41,797 nucleotides of DNA from Candidatus Avispirillum sp. (GTDB taxonomy: Bacteria > Bacillota > Clostridia > Oscillospirales > CAG-272): positions 1-41,797 of the forward strand of contig JAZUAR010000070.1 in assembly GCA_045638055.1 (NCBI GenBank), written 5' to 3'. This document shows, one piece after another, positions 8,692-17,724 of the stretch. How positions within the stretch are numbered: position 1 is the first letter of the stretch; each line of letters opens with the position of its first letter. The notes beneath the pieces were generated by a model that saw only the letters and a list, made by a program, of their open reading frames with translations, had not been told where the DNA came from and did not search any database. A program made the position numbers and the translations under genes.

Positions 8692-9183
8692 TCATTTATT
8701 AATTCCAATGGTTATATCGGAAAAGAGTTCCCTCTTCATTCTTTCGGTTTTACTGATAGCAGCTTTTCGTTTTAAATAAGCTATTGACCTAATAAAAAGC
8801 CCTGTAATTATTGTAACAGTTTTTTTGAACGGAAGCAACAGAAAAGATAAAAAAAGCAAAATTTTATCTGCAATAAAATATAAAAATGGCTTGATCAATC
8901 TTCCGGGAAGCACCCTGTATACTAAAAAACCGCACAGCATACCGAGAGCTGTGAACCATCTGAATCTTCCGCTTGAAGCATAATATACGAAAATGCAGTA
9001 TACTCCGCCACAAAATATACCGTATAGAACGTCAAATATATTTGCAAGCAGCACAGAAAGCCGTGCAAAAGACAACAGCCTTCTCACAAAGCGTATTGCA
9101 TCATACAAGAGTCCGAGAAATAGCCCTATCAGTATCGAAAGGGATATCTCCCAAAGCTGATGAGATATAACAAGAAACTGCAT
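8692..9183 (-). CDS. yabQ: Spore cortex biosynthesis protein YabQ-like membrane protein
   Basis: A 163-aa hydrophobic protein with the N-terminal motif GLFLGLLYDAIRFVRR typical of YabQ. It lies immediately downstream of yabP (1-nt gap). Confidence 0.65.
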   Translation of the reverse strand: MQFLVISHQLWEISLSILIGLFLGLLYDAIRFVRRLLSFARLSVLLANIFDVLYGIFCGGVYCIFVYYASSGRFRWFTALGMLCGFLVYRVLPGRLIKPFLYFIADKILLFLSFLLLPFKKTVTIITGLFIRSIAYLKRKAAISKTERMKRELFSDITIGINK

Positions 9184-9184
9184 A

Positions 9185-9442
9185 TCAGCGCTTCTTCGGT
9201 TTCTTCTGATGAAGGGGCTTGCCGTAATAGGTAACTGCGCTGATAAGGCCGCGGATAGACACCTTGCCCGTATCCGAGCTGAAATAATCTATCTTTAATT
9301 CCTCGCCGTCTATACCTATAAATCCGTCAGGCAAGGTCAGCTCAACAGTATTTTCCGTAAACTCGCAGACATCTGCAACACCAGTTATCTCCAGGCGCTT
9401 TCGGGAATATAAAAAAACGTTCTGCTCTGTATTCTGATCCAT
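9185..9442 (-). CDS. yabP: Sporulation protein YabP
   Basis: An 85-aa protein reading RKRLEITGVADVCEFTENTVELTLPDGFIGIDGEELKI...GKVSIRGLISAVTYY, which matches the YabP family pattern. A GGAG RBS sits 6 nt before the ATG. Confidence 0.8.
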   Translation of the reverse strand: MDQNTEQNVFLYSRKRLEITGVADVCEFTENTVELTLPDGFIGIDGEELKIDYFSSDTGKVSIRGLISAVTYYGKPLHQKKPKKR

Positions 9443-9498
9443 ATTTCACTCCACATTATAGTTTTACTCTACAATATGAACTGAAATGATCAAATATG

Positions 9499-9744
9499 TC
9501 AGCCGTTGATTATCTCGTACATAGAGGAAGCATCCGCCTTTGCAGTATGCTCCTTGATATCAACTACTCTGAAGCGAAGTGTCTTTTCACCGAAGGTGAC
9601 CTCAACTACATCACCAACCTTGACGTCATAGGACGCCTTAACTACCTTGCCGTTGACAGAAACGTGATCGTTATCACAAGCATCGTTTGCAACGGTTCTT
9701 CTTTTAATAACTCTGGATACCTTTAAAAACTTATCAATTCTCAT
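9499..9744 (-). CDS. rqcP: S4-domain RNA-binding protein YabO/RqcP (ribosome quality control factor)
   Basis: An 81-aa protein. MRIDKFLKVSRVIKRRTVANDAC...VNGKVVKASYDVKVGD closely resembles B. subtilis YabO. Its position upstream of yabP-yabQ-divIC is conserved. Confidence 0.8.
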   Translation of the reverse strand: MRIDKFLKVSRVIKRRTVANDACDNDHVSVNGKVVKASYDVKVGDVVEVTFGEKTLRFRVVDIKEHTAKADASSMYEIING

Positions 9745-9762
9745 ATCAATAATAAAGCCAAA

Positions 9763-9786
9763 CAGCTCCGATTTTCATCGGAGCTG
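9763..9786 (-). terminator. Rho-independent terminator of hup
   Basis: A 10-bp perfect stem, cagctccgat/atcggagctg, with loop tttc. On the minus strand it is followed by TTTGGCTTTATTATT. It begins 16 nt after the hup stop. Confidence 0.65.
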
Positions 9787-9801
9787 CCTGTTATGCAAAA
9801 A

Positions 9802-10074
9802 TCAGTTAACCTTGTCCTTGAGCTTGGAGCCTGCGGAGAATGCAGGATACTTGCAAGCTGCGATCTTGATTTCAGCGCCTGTTGCAGGGTTACGGCCGAT
9901 TCTCTCTGCTCTTTCCTTGATTTCGAATGTACCGAAACCGATGAGCTGTACCTTTTCGCCTGCTACGAGTGCATCCTCGATGGACTCGAGAACTGCTGCT
10001 ACTGCTGCCTCTGCACCCTTCTTTGTAAGATCAGTCTTTGCTGCTACTGCCTCGATAAGCTGAGTCTTGTTCAT
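9802..10074 (-). CDS. hup: DNA-binding protein HU
   Basis: A 90-aa protein reading [25 protein letters not shown]...[25 protein letters not shown], the canonical HU/IHF-fold sequence. Confidence 0.93.
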   Translation of the reverse strand: MNKTQLIEAVAAKTDLTKKGAEAAVAAVLESIEDALVAGEKVQLIGFGTFEIKERAERIGRNPATGAEIKIAACKYPAFSAGSKLKDKVN

Positions 10075-10135
10075 TTTAATTATTTCCTTTCAGAATTTAA
10101 TATAACTTTCGCCGCATCCGGGCTTATTTGCAATT

Positions 10136-10164
10136 ATTATAACACTATTCCATCTATTTGGCAA
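10136..10164 (-). promoter_or_regulatory. Sigma-A-type promoter of hup
   Basis: The minus strand reads TTGCCA-17 nt-TATAAT with a TGn extended -10 (gTGtTATAAT). It predicts a leader of about 55 nt before the ATG at 10074. Confidence 0.65.
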
Positions 10165-10213
10165 TAGTTTTTCCTATTTTTTGTTCTTAATTAGCAAAAG
10201 AACGAAACTTTCA

Positions 10214-10912
10214 TCATTCCTTATTTTCAAAGGATTCAATAAAGCTGTCAGTATGTCCTGAGAGTATTGCCTCAAGATCAAGCTCTCTCATTTCAGCGGC
10301 AGCGCAAAGAGCGAAAAGTGCTTTTCCGATATCCTTATCGGTTGCGCCTTCGCCTGAAGCCAGCGCACGTGATATTGCGCTCCACGCCTCAGACTCATCC
10401 TTATAGCCATACTCGAATTTGGAAAGAGCCTTTCCCTGCACCTTCTGTGCGCGAAGGAGGGCGGGCATAAAGGGAGGCACTCTCTTCAGCACCTCTACAG
10501 GTGCCTCAAGCTTCTTTTCCTCTTTTTTGATGTTATCCCAATTTACGATAACCTCGTCGCTGTCCTTAACCACAGTATCAGCAAATACGTGGGGGTGACG
10601 GACTATCATCTTCTGAGTAATATCGTGAATAACGTCTGAGATCTCAAATCTTCCCTCCTCCTTTTCGATACGGGCATGGAAAACCACCTGGAACAGAAGG
10701 TCTCCAAGCTCCTCGCGAAGGAGAGCGGAATTATCCTTATCGATTGCCTCTATAACCTCATAGGTCTCCTCGATAAGGCACTTGCGCACGGATTTATGGG
10801 TCTGCTCCATATCCCAGGGGCAGCCGCCCTCGCTTCTGAGGGCATCCATAACGCTGACAAGAGAATCAAAATCGTGGGTCTTTTCTTTTAAAAGTTCTTC
10901 CTTAGTTTTCAT
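10214..10912 (-). CDS. mazG: MazG-family nucleoside triphosphate pyrophosphohydrolase (YabN C-terminal-domain type)
   Basis: A 232-aa protein with tandem MazG motifs (CPWDMEQTHKSVRKCLIEETYEVIEAI, EELGDLLFQVVFHARI). It is syntenic with Bacillus yabN. Confidence 0.85.
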   Translation of the reverse strand: MKTKEELLKEKTHDFDSLVSVMDALRSEGGCPWDMEQTHKSVRKCLIEETYEVIEAIDKDNSALLREELGDLLFQVVFHARIEKEEGRFEISDVIHDITQKMIVRHPHVFADTVVKDSDEVIVNWDNIKKEEKKLEAPVEVLKRVPPFMPALLRAQKVQGKALSKFEYGYKDESEAWSAISRALASGEGATDKDIGKALFALCAAAEMRELDLEAILSGHTDSFIESFENKE

Positions 10913-10919
10913 TTTTGCC

Positions 10920-12578
10920 TCACTTTACAAGCTTGAGCTTATTAAGTATTCTGTAAATAGTTGCTCCCTTGGGAAGAAGCTTAACGTCATCTCCGGAAAT
11001 ACCTCTTACAAGGAAGATTACAACAGCATATACTGCCGCCGCAATAATGATAGCTCCGAATACTGCTATCTTGTCGGAGATAAAGGATGAAAGAAGTGTA
11101 AATGTGAAATATGCGCTGACAGCACAGGCGATACCGGAAAGAAGAGGCTTTCCGAAGAGGCCTGAGAGCTTAGGCATGATACCAACGTGCTTCTTTATGA
11201 AGTAAAGGTTAAGTGTTGTTACTGTAAGGTAGCAAAGGAATGTGGAGATAGGTGTGCTCTTCATTCCAATGTACTGAATAAGTACGAAGTTTGTGGCAAC
11301 CTTCACCGCAGCGCCCGCAAGCATGGAAACAAGGGGCTTGCGCTCAAAGCCTGCCGCCTGCAAAATAGCATTTGTTACGGAAAGGATACAGATAAATGCT
11401 GTGGAGGGGGCAAGAAGAGTGAGGAGAGGGTATGCAAGCTCAACGGAGCTCTGCTTAAAGAGAAGTCCGAGGATGGGCTTTGAAAGGGCTGCAAGGCCGA
11501 GACCTGCAGGGATACCTACAAGCATTGCAACTCGCATTGATGACTCTGTTACGATTCTGCACTTCTCCGTATCGCCTCTCTTCTTAGCTGCAGTAAGGAG
11601 AGGTACGATAGAATAAGAAATAGGATAGATAAGAACGGGAGGCAGATTGAACATGGGAACTGCAAGAGACGTGTAGTTTCCGTAAAGCTCAGTTGCCGCG
11701 ATCTGAGAAAGTCCTGTTGACTGAAGAAGTCTCTGAACGATAGCTGTATCGATAAGGTTTGTAAGGCTCATTACAGATGCGCTGATGGTGATAGGAAGCG
11801 CAATGAGAAGAAGCTTCTTTATAAGCTCTGAGTTCTTTGAAACCTCATCGTTTTCGCCAAGCTCCTCGATGAACTGATAGTCATACTGCTTTTCCTTGAA
11901 GAACATTTTAGCAATAACCATGCAGATCATACCTGCAAGAGCGCCGATTGTAAGACCCACGGTTGCATATGCCGCCTGAATATGGATACCGAGGCCCTGA
12001 TTCTTTGCAAAAAGCGCAAAGGCAACGCCGATACCAAGCTTACAAGCAGCCTCAAGGAACTGGGAGATTGCAGTAGGTGTCATCTGCTGATAGCCCTGGA
12101 AATAACCTCTGAGAGCACTTGTGATGCAGATGAACAGAAGTGTGGGCGCAATTGCCATAATGGAATACTTTGTAGGCTCAGCACCGATTGCGGTGGACAT
12201 AAGGTTTGAGCCAAAGAACATTATCATAGTCGAAACGATACCGATGACTACGAAAAGAAGCATGGCAATTCTATAGATCTTCTTGACCTGCTTGATCTGT
12301 CTGTTAGCACGGCTGTCGGAGATCATAATGGAGATCGCCGTGGGAAGACCTGCTGTTGACACCATATAAAGATAGGTATAGAAGGTATAGGCAGAGTTAT
12401 AATAGCCCATTCCCTCGTCACCTATAATACGGTTCATGGGGATCTTGAACATAAGACCGATCACCTTAACAAGGAGGTTGGTGATAGTCAGAACAAGAAC
12501 TCCCGAGAAAAAGAGCTTCGTTGAGTTTTTCTTCTTTGAGTTATTATCTAACATTATTAAGGATTCCTTTCTCAGCAT
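10920..12578 (-). CDS. MOP-superfamily polysaccharide/lipid II flippase-like protein (SpoVB/YabM/MurJ-like)
   Basis: A 552-aa polytopic membrane protein with an N-terminus typical of SpoVB/MurJ-type flippases (GVLVLTITNLLVKVIGLMFKIPMNRIIGDEGMGYYNSAY). It occupies the yabM position upstream of mazG. An alternative ATG exists at 12554. Confidence 0.75.
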   Translation of the reverse strand: MLRKESLIMLDNNSKKKNSTKLFFSGVLVLTITNLLVKVIGLMFKIPMNRIIGDEGMGYYNSAYTFYTYLYMVSTAGLPTAISIMISDSRANRQIKQVKKIYRIAMLLFVVIGIVSTMIMFFGSNLMSTAIGAEPTKYSIMAIAPTLLFICITSALRGYFQGYQQMTPTAISQFLEAACKLGIGVAFALFAKNQGLGIHIQAAYATVGLTIGALAGMICMVIAKMFFKEKQYDYQFIEELGENDEVSKNSELIKKLLLIALPITISASVMSLTNLIDTAIVQRLLQSTGLSQIAATELYGNYTSLAVPMFNLPPVLIYPISYSIVPLLTAAKKRGDTEKCRIVTESSMRVAMLVGIPAGLGLAALSKPILGLLFKQSSVELAYPLLTLLAPSTAFICILSVTNAILQAAGFERKPLVSMLAGAAVKVATNFVLIQYIGMKSTPISTFLCYLTVTTLNLYFIKKHVGIMPKLSGLFGKPLLSGIACAVSAYFTFTLLSSFISDKIAVFGAIIIAAAVYAVVIFLVRGISGDDVKLLPKGATIYRILNKLKLVK

Positions 12579-12619
12579 TTAAGCCAACGGCAAAAATGTG
12601 GATTGAAACTTGATTTTTC

Positions 12620-13519
12620 TTACTCTGAAAATTCCAAAAGAAGAGAATTTTCGGGGATAAGGTCGTGTGTGAAATATTCTATCATTATTTTTTGGAGTCT
12701 TGTACGAAGACTGTATACAACGACTGCATCCTTTGCATCTCTCGGATAATTTTCTGAAAGATTCAAAAATTCCTTTCCCACGAGAAAGATCTCGTAAGGG
12801 ATAAGAGAATTTATGCTGTAATCCTCATTTCCAACATAGGGGAAAATATTGGCTTCCTCGTTTTTTCGAACGTTATCCCAAAGGAGCATCGTATTTTCAA
12901 CAGACGTTCCTCTGTGATAAAAGTCGCGAACGACTCTTCGCATAAGTCTGATCTCATTGGGTGCAAAGCTTACGTCACCAATTTCAAGTCCGTCAGCCAC
13001 GCAGATAAACATACTTAACGTCTTAAAGGATTCAAGGCAGGAAAGTATCTCAGGATAAATTGCCTGAATACCCTCAAATATAAATATATCATTTTCCAAA
13101 GGAATATAGGGCAAATGATATCCGCGGTCTCTCTTTTTAAAATCATAAAACGGAAGGACTGTAGTTTCAAGAGCGGCAAGAGATGCGGCTGTTCTTTTGA
13201 AAAGCTCCGTATCTATTGCAGATGCACCCTCAAAATCAGTGATCCCCATGCTTTCCATAACGCTGTGGGGATAATAAAAATCATCAATAGAGATAATTTT
13301 TCCGTTCTTTCCAAGGTCTGCAAGACCCTTGATTAGAAGACATGCCGCAGTAGTTTTTCCGGAGCAGGTGGGACCTGCAAGGGTAACTGCCCTGCAACTG
13401 TTATCAGCGGCAATAAGCTTTGCCGCTGATTCAACTGTTATTCTGAAATTGTTTTCGCACTCATCAACGAATGACTTTGCGCTGTTTTGATTTTCAAATC
13501 TGTTAATATCTATGATCAT
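12620..13519 (-). CDS. P-loop kinase, uridine kinase/phosphoribulokinase-family-like protein
   Basis: It has a Walker A motif GPTCSGKTT near residue 50 and a size of about 300 aa. The ATG is at 13519. The ORF track uses a TTG at 13525 that overlaps the upstream stop. The substrate is unknown. Confidence 0.5.
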   Translation of the reverse strand: MIIDINRFENQNSAKSFVDECENNFRITVESAAKLIAADNSCRAVTLAGPTCSGKTTAACLLIKGLADLGKNGKIISIDDFYYPHSVMESMGITDFEGASAIDTELFKRTAASLAALETTVLPFYDFKKRDRGYHLPYIPLENDIFIFEGIQAIYPEILSCLESFKTLSMFICVADGLEIGDVSFAPNEIRLMRRVVRDFYHRGTSVENTMLLWDNVRKNEEANIFPYVGNEDYSINSLIPYEIFLVGKEFLNLSENYPRDAKDAVVVYSLRTRLQKIMIEYFTHDLIPENSLLLEFSE

Positions 13520-13521
13520 AC

Positions 13522-15015
13522 TCAAAAATGCTCACGGTAAAAGGCTTCGGAAGCCTCCATAAGAGCCGTGAACCTCTTTTCGGCGCTTCCCTTTTCCAGG
13601 TCGAGATATTCATAGGGATATTTTGTTTCGCAGATTCTTTGAATTTTCATATCCAAGGGATTGGGGGAAACCAGCTTTGTCATAGCTGATGCTCCCGCGC
13701 CAAAGACTGTGTGTACCTCTTCCATCATAAATATATTATAGAGACACTCATGTCCATTCATACAAAAACCTGCATTTTCAAGATTTGCCGCAGTATTTTT
13801 CTGTTTATAAAGGTAATAGGGAGAATATCCTGCGCTGAGGAGTGATGCCTGAGCAATATCAACGGCTCTTGTTGTATTTTCGTCCTGTGCACGGTAGACC
13901 TCAAGCGATTTCTTGATATCCGCCGCGCGCTTTACATAAAAGGTATGAACTGTGATATTTGTAGGTTCAAGACCGATTATCTTATTGACGGAATCGGAAA
14001 AGCTCTCGTAGTGCTCATCGGGAAGTCCTGCAATAAGGTCGACGTTAATATCCTTGATGCCGCTGCTCTTTGCGCTTTCATAAGCACGGAGAAAATCCGC
14101 GGAAGTATGCTTTCTGCCGATAGCTGAAAGGATAGAATCGTTCATAGTCTGGGCATTAACGCTGACTCTTGTAACGCCGTATTTTGCAAGAACTGCCATT
14201 TTCTCAGCTGTGATGGTATCGGGTCTTCCCGCTTCCACTGTAAACTCATCAAGAGAAGGTATATCCGTTTCCTCACTGATACAGGAAAGAAGGACCTCAA
14301 GCTGAAGAGCATCAAGGGTTGTGGGAGTGCCGCCGCCGATATAAACGGTAGCAACTCTGATACCGAGATTTCTTATGATCTTAAAGGTATTTCTGATATC
14401 CTCGCAAAGCCTTACAAGGTAATCGGGGATCATAGAAAGAAGCTTTGGAGAGGAAAAGGAAACGAAGGAGCAATAAGAGCATCTTGTGGGGCAAAAAGGA
14501 ATTGCAATATATACACTGCACTCTCTTCTGCGCAAGGGAGAAACGAAGGGATGCTCTCGCTCCGCCGTTGTAACTGCAAGTCTTGCCTTTTCGGGAGAGC
14601 AAAGGAAATCCTCTGTGAGATGCATAAGCACTTCATCGGAGTTCTTTCCCTTATCAAACAGATCAAGGCACATCTTGGCAGGACGAACGCCTGTTATCAT
14701 TCCCCAAGGGGGAGTTGTGCCGCAAAATTCGCGACCCGCCTTGAGCATAGCTCCGCCTGCACAAAGCTTTAAAAGCATCTCGGGGCTGACTCTGTCACCT
14801 GTACCTTCAGCGGGCACGTAACGGGCAAAGACCTCTTTTTCGCCTTCCTTTATATGGACCTTTCCGCACATCTCTCCGTTTTCCTCTGAAACGGACATAC
14901 GGACGATAGGCTCACCGCCGCTGCCGTCCTCGGGAAACTTTGAGCCGGGAAAGAAAAGAAGAACAAGGGTCTCTGCATAGTATCGGCTGATATTGCCTTC
15001 TGTATATAAGGTCAT
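13522..15015 (-). CDS. Radical SAM protein, HemZ/HemN-like (coproporphyrinogen dehydrogenase family)
   Basis: A 497-aa protein with the CxxxCxxC radical SAM motif (CPTRCSYCSF) and a HemN-like GGGTP motif (YIGGGTPTTL). Its length matches HemZ-type proteins. Its start overlaps the dtd stop (ATGA). Confidence 0.75.
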   Translation of the reverse strand: MTLYTEGNISRYYAETLVLLFFPGSKFPEDGSGGEPIVRMSVSEENGEMCGKVHIKEGEKEVFARYVPAEGTGDRVSPEMLLKLCAGGAMLKAGREFCGTTPPWGMITGVRPAKMCLDLFDKGKNSDEVLMHLTEDFLCSPEKARLAVTTAEREHPFVSPLRRRECSVYIAIPFCPTRCSYCSFVSFSSPKLLSMIPDYLVRLCEDIRNTFKIIRNLGIRVATVYIGGGTPTTLDALQLEVLLSCISEETDIPSLDEFTVEAGRPDTITAEKMAVLAKYGVTRVSVNAQTMNDSILSAIGRKHTSADFLRAYESAKSSGIKDINVDLIAGLPDEHYESFSDSVNKIIGLEPTNITVHTFYVKRAADIKKSLEVYRAQDENTTRAVDIAQASLLSAGYSPYYLYKQKNTAANLENAGFCMNGHECLYNIFMMEEVHTVFGAGASAMTKLVSPNPLDMKIQRICETKYPYEYLDLEKGSAEKRFTALMEASEAFYREHF

Positions 15016-15476
15016 ATCTCCCTCGTGCCTCTGAGGACTCTTGAGTCCATTGAAATTGTTACGGGGCCGTCGTTTACAAGGGAAACCTTCATATCAGACT
15101 GAAATTTACCCTTGGCAACAGAAGGAACGATGCCTGAAATATAGCTGCAGAAAAACTCAAAAAGCTCATTTGCGCGATCGGGCTTTGCGCTTCTGATGAA
15201 ATCGGGGCGATTTCCCTTCTTATAACCTGCGAGGAGAGTGAAGTTGGGAACGACCATAACGCTGCCGCCAATATCATTGACGGAAAGGTTCATCTTTTCT
15301 TCGCTATCCTCAAAAATACGCATTTTGGAAATTTTATCAGCAAGGAGTGTTGCATCCTTTTCATCGTCCTCCGCGCTTACGCCGAGAAGGATGAGAAGTC
15401 CCTTGCCGCACTGAGAATAGGGCTCTCCGTCTGCTACAACGGATGACTCAAGGATTCTCTGGAGTACTGCTATCAT
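15012..15476 (-). CDS. dtd: D-aminoacyl-tRNA deacylase
   Basis: A 154-aa protein reading MIAVLQRI...GKGLLILLGV...NFTLLA...KGNRPDF...MKVSLVNDGPVTI, the canonical Dtd sequence. It lies directly downstream of relA, as in Bacillus. Confidence 0.9.
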   Translation of the reverse strand: MIAVLQRILESSVVADGEPYSQCGKGLLILLGVSAEDDEKDATLLADKISKMRIFEDSEEKMNLSVNDIGGSVMVVPNFTLLAGYKKGNRPDFIRSAKPDRANELFEFFCSYISGIVPSVAKGKFQSDMKVSLVNDGPVTISMDSRVLRGTREI

Positions 15477-15477
15477 T

Positions 15478-17712
15478 TTAGTTAAATCCTCTTATAACAT
15501 TGTTAACGTGGGCAACATTACGAAGTCGGGATACCACGGAATTAAAGTGTCCGATATCCTTACAGGTGAATTTAAGAGTAATTACCGTTGAATCGGGAGA
15601 ATCCATTCTGGAATTGATCTGAAGAATAGAAACTCTCATATCCGCAAGAACTGCTGTGATGTTTGCGATAACTGTAATATCGTTGTCTGCAAAGATCTGT
15701 GTAACTGCCTCGTAGATGCCTGCATTGTTCTGCTTGACCTCGGTAAGGTCCCATTCTGCCTTTATCCAACGCTGGAAGAACTCCTCATTCTTCTTACCTG
15801 AAATAACGTTGGGACAGTCGTGCTTATGGATAGAAACACCGTAGCCCTTGGTAATGAAGCCGATAATAGGGTCGCCGGGGAGAGGATTACAGCACTTGGC
15901 AAACTTGAAGGCGCATCCTCTTTCACCGTCGATAATAACACCGCCGGACTTTCCGTTGGAGGGAGCGGCAACAGTTTTAACCTCCTGTGCCTCGATAACC
16001 TTAGGCGCCTCCTCCTCGGGCTTGACAACCTTCTCAACCTCATCACGAAGCTTGGGAAGGATCTTGGAAATAGGCATACCGCCGTATCCGACAGCATTGC
16101 AAAGGTCATCCGCCTCCTGCATACCGACGCGCTTTGCTACAGCGCCGATTATCTCGGTACGGACAGATTCAGTTGTATTCTTGGAAATTCTTGCTATCTC
16201 ACGGTCGATATCGGCACGTCCGATAACGATGTTCTCTGCTCTCTTTTCCTTCTTGAACCACTGTCTGATCTTACTGCGGGCTTCACCTGTCTTAACGATC
16301 TTAAGCCAGTCTCGGCTGGGTCCCTTAGAGGAAGATGATGTAATGATCTCAACGATCTCACCGTTCTGAGGACAGCGGTCGATGGGAGCGATCATTCCGT
16401 TGATCTTTGCGCCTACCATCTTATTACCGATCTGGGAATGGATGGCATATGCAAAGTCAATAAGGGTAGATCCCTGAGGAAGCGCGATAACGTCTCCCTT
16501 AGGTGTGAACACGAATGTTTCGTCGTGGAAAATATCGATCTTAAGAGCCTGCATGAAGTCATCATTGCTGAGATTTTCTCCCTCAGACTCAATAAGTCTG
16601 GAGATCCATTCAAGCTTATTATCAATTTCTTCCTTGCTCTGGGCGCCTGACTTATACTTCCAGTGAGCCGCAATACCGTATTCAGCAATATGGTGCATCT
16701 CTCGGGTTCTGATCTGAACCTCAAAGGGAACGCCCGCTCTGCCGATAACGGTAGTATGGAGAGACTGGTACATATTAGGCTTAGGTGTGGAGATATAGTC
16801 CTTGAATCGACCGGGGATAGACTTAAACATCTCATGCACGATACCGAGAGCGGTATAGCACTCAAGCTCAGTCTCAACGATGATTCTCAAAGCATAGAAG
16901 TCATAAATCTCATCAAACTCCTTAGCCTGGTTATACATTTTACGGTAGATACTGTAAACTGTTTTAACTCGGCCCTCAAGAGTGAACTTGAGATTATACT
17001 TTTCAAGCTCCTCGGAAATGTTCTTACGGACTCTTTCGATAAAGTCTCTGTTCTGACCGTACTTTTCCTCGATATGGTTTGTTACCTCGGAATAGCCGAT
17101 GGGGTCAAGATGAAGGAGCGCAAGGTTCTCAAGCTCCTGCTTGATACGCTGGATACCGAGACGGTGTGCAAGAGGCGCATAAACGTGCATAGTTTCAAGA
17201 GCTGTTGCTCTTCTCTTATGCTCTGCCTTTGCATCGAGGGTTCTCATATTATGGAGTCTGTCGCAAAGCTTAACGAAGATAACGCGGATATCCTTGGACA
17301 TAGCAAGAAGCATACGGCGGATATTCTCCATCTGAGCCTCTTCCTTATCCTCGATATTCATATCAACAAGCTTTGTAAGACCGTCAACGAGCATAGCAAC
17401 CTCGCTGCCGAAATACTCGGTGATCAAGCCAAGATTGGTCTTTTCAGAGCAGTCCTCAACAGTATCGTGAAGAAAGGCAGCACAAATGGAATCCGTATCG
17501 AGACCAAGGGCCGCAACTATCTCCGCAACTGAAATGGGATGCACGATATAGGGCTCTCCGCTTTTGCGGAACTGGCCCTCGTGCATATCGGATGCATAAA
17601 GAAATGCATTCTTAATTTTAGGAATATCAAATTTCTTGCCGCTGGCATTGAGCATGCCGAGAAGGCTCTTAATTTGTTCCAGTCTTATATCTGTTTCACT
17701 ATAGTTCAACAT
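15478..17712 (-). CDS. relA: Bifunctional (p)ppGpp synthetase/hydrolase (long RSH)
   Basis: A 744-aa protein with an HD hydrolase motif (HPISVAEIV...FLHDTVEDC), a synthetase domain (YRSLHTTV-like QSLHTTVIG, EVQIRT) and TGS and ACT-like C-terminal regions. Confidence 0.95.
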   Translation of the reverse strand: MLNYSETDIRLEQIKSLLGMLNASGKKFDIPKIKNAFLYASDMHEGQFRKSGEPYIVHPISVAEIVAALGLDTDSICAAFLHDTVEDCSEKTNLGLITEYFGSEVAMLVDGLTKLVDMNIEDKEEAQMENIRRMLLAMSKDIRVIFVKLCDRLHNMRTLDAKAEHKRRATALETMHVYAPLAHRLGIQRIKQELENLALLHLDPIGYSEVTNHIEEKYGQNRDFIERVRKNISEELEKYNLKFTLEGRVKTVYSIYRKMYNQAKEFDEIYDFYALRIIVETELECYTALGIVHEMFKSIPGRFKDYISTPKPNMYQSLHTTVIGRAGVPFEVQIRTREMHHIAEYGIAAHWKYKSGAQSKEEIDNKLEWISRLIESEGENLSNDDFMQALKIDIFHDETFVFTPKGDVIALPQGSTLIDFAYAIHSQIGNKMVGAKINGMIAPIDRCPQNGEIVEIITSSSSKGPSRDWLKIVKTGEARSKIRQWFKKEKRAENIVIGRADIDREIARISKNTTESVRTEIIGAVAKRVGMQEADDLCNAVGYGGMPISKILPKLRDEVEKVVKPEEEAPKVIEAQEVKTVAAPSNGKSGGVIIDGERGCAFKFAKCCNPLPGDPIIGFITKGYGVSIHKHDCPNVISGKKNEEFFQRWIKAEWDLTEVKQNNAGIYEAVTQIFADNDITVIANITAVLADMRVSILQINSRMDSPDSTVITLKFTCKDIGHFNSVVSRLRNVAHVNNVIRGFN

Positions 17713-17724
17713 ATTATTACCGTT

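Noticed and set aside
9443-9498. Possible sigma-E-type sporulation promoter upstream of yabP (TCATATT ... TATAAT on the minus strand).
   Set aside because: The -35-like TCATATT fits the sigma-E pattern. However, the spacing (~12 nt) and the -10 (CTATAATG against the CATACA-T type) fit poorly, and I could not make a convincing sigma-A alignment either. The evidence is too weak to annotate.
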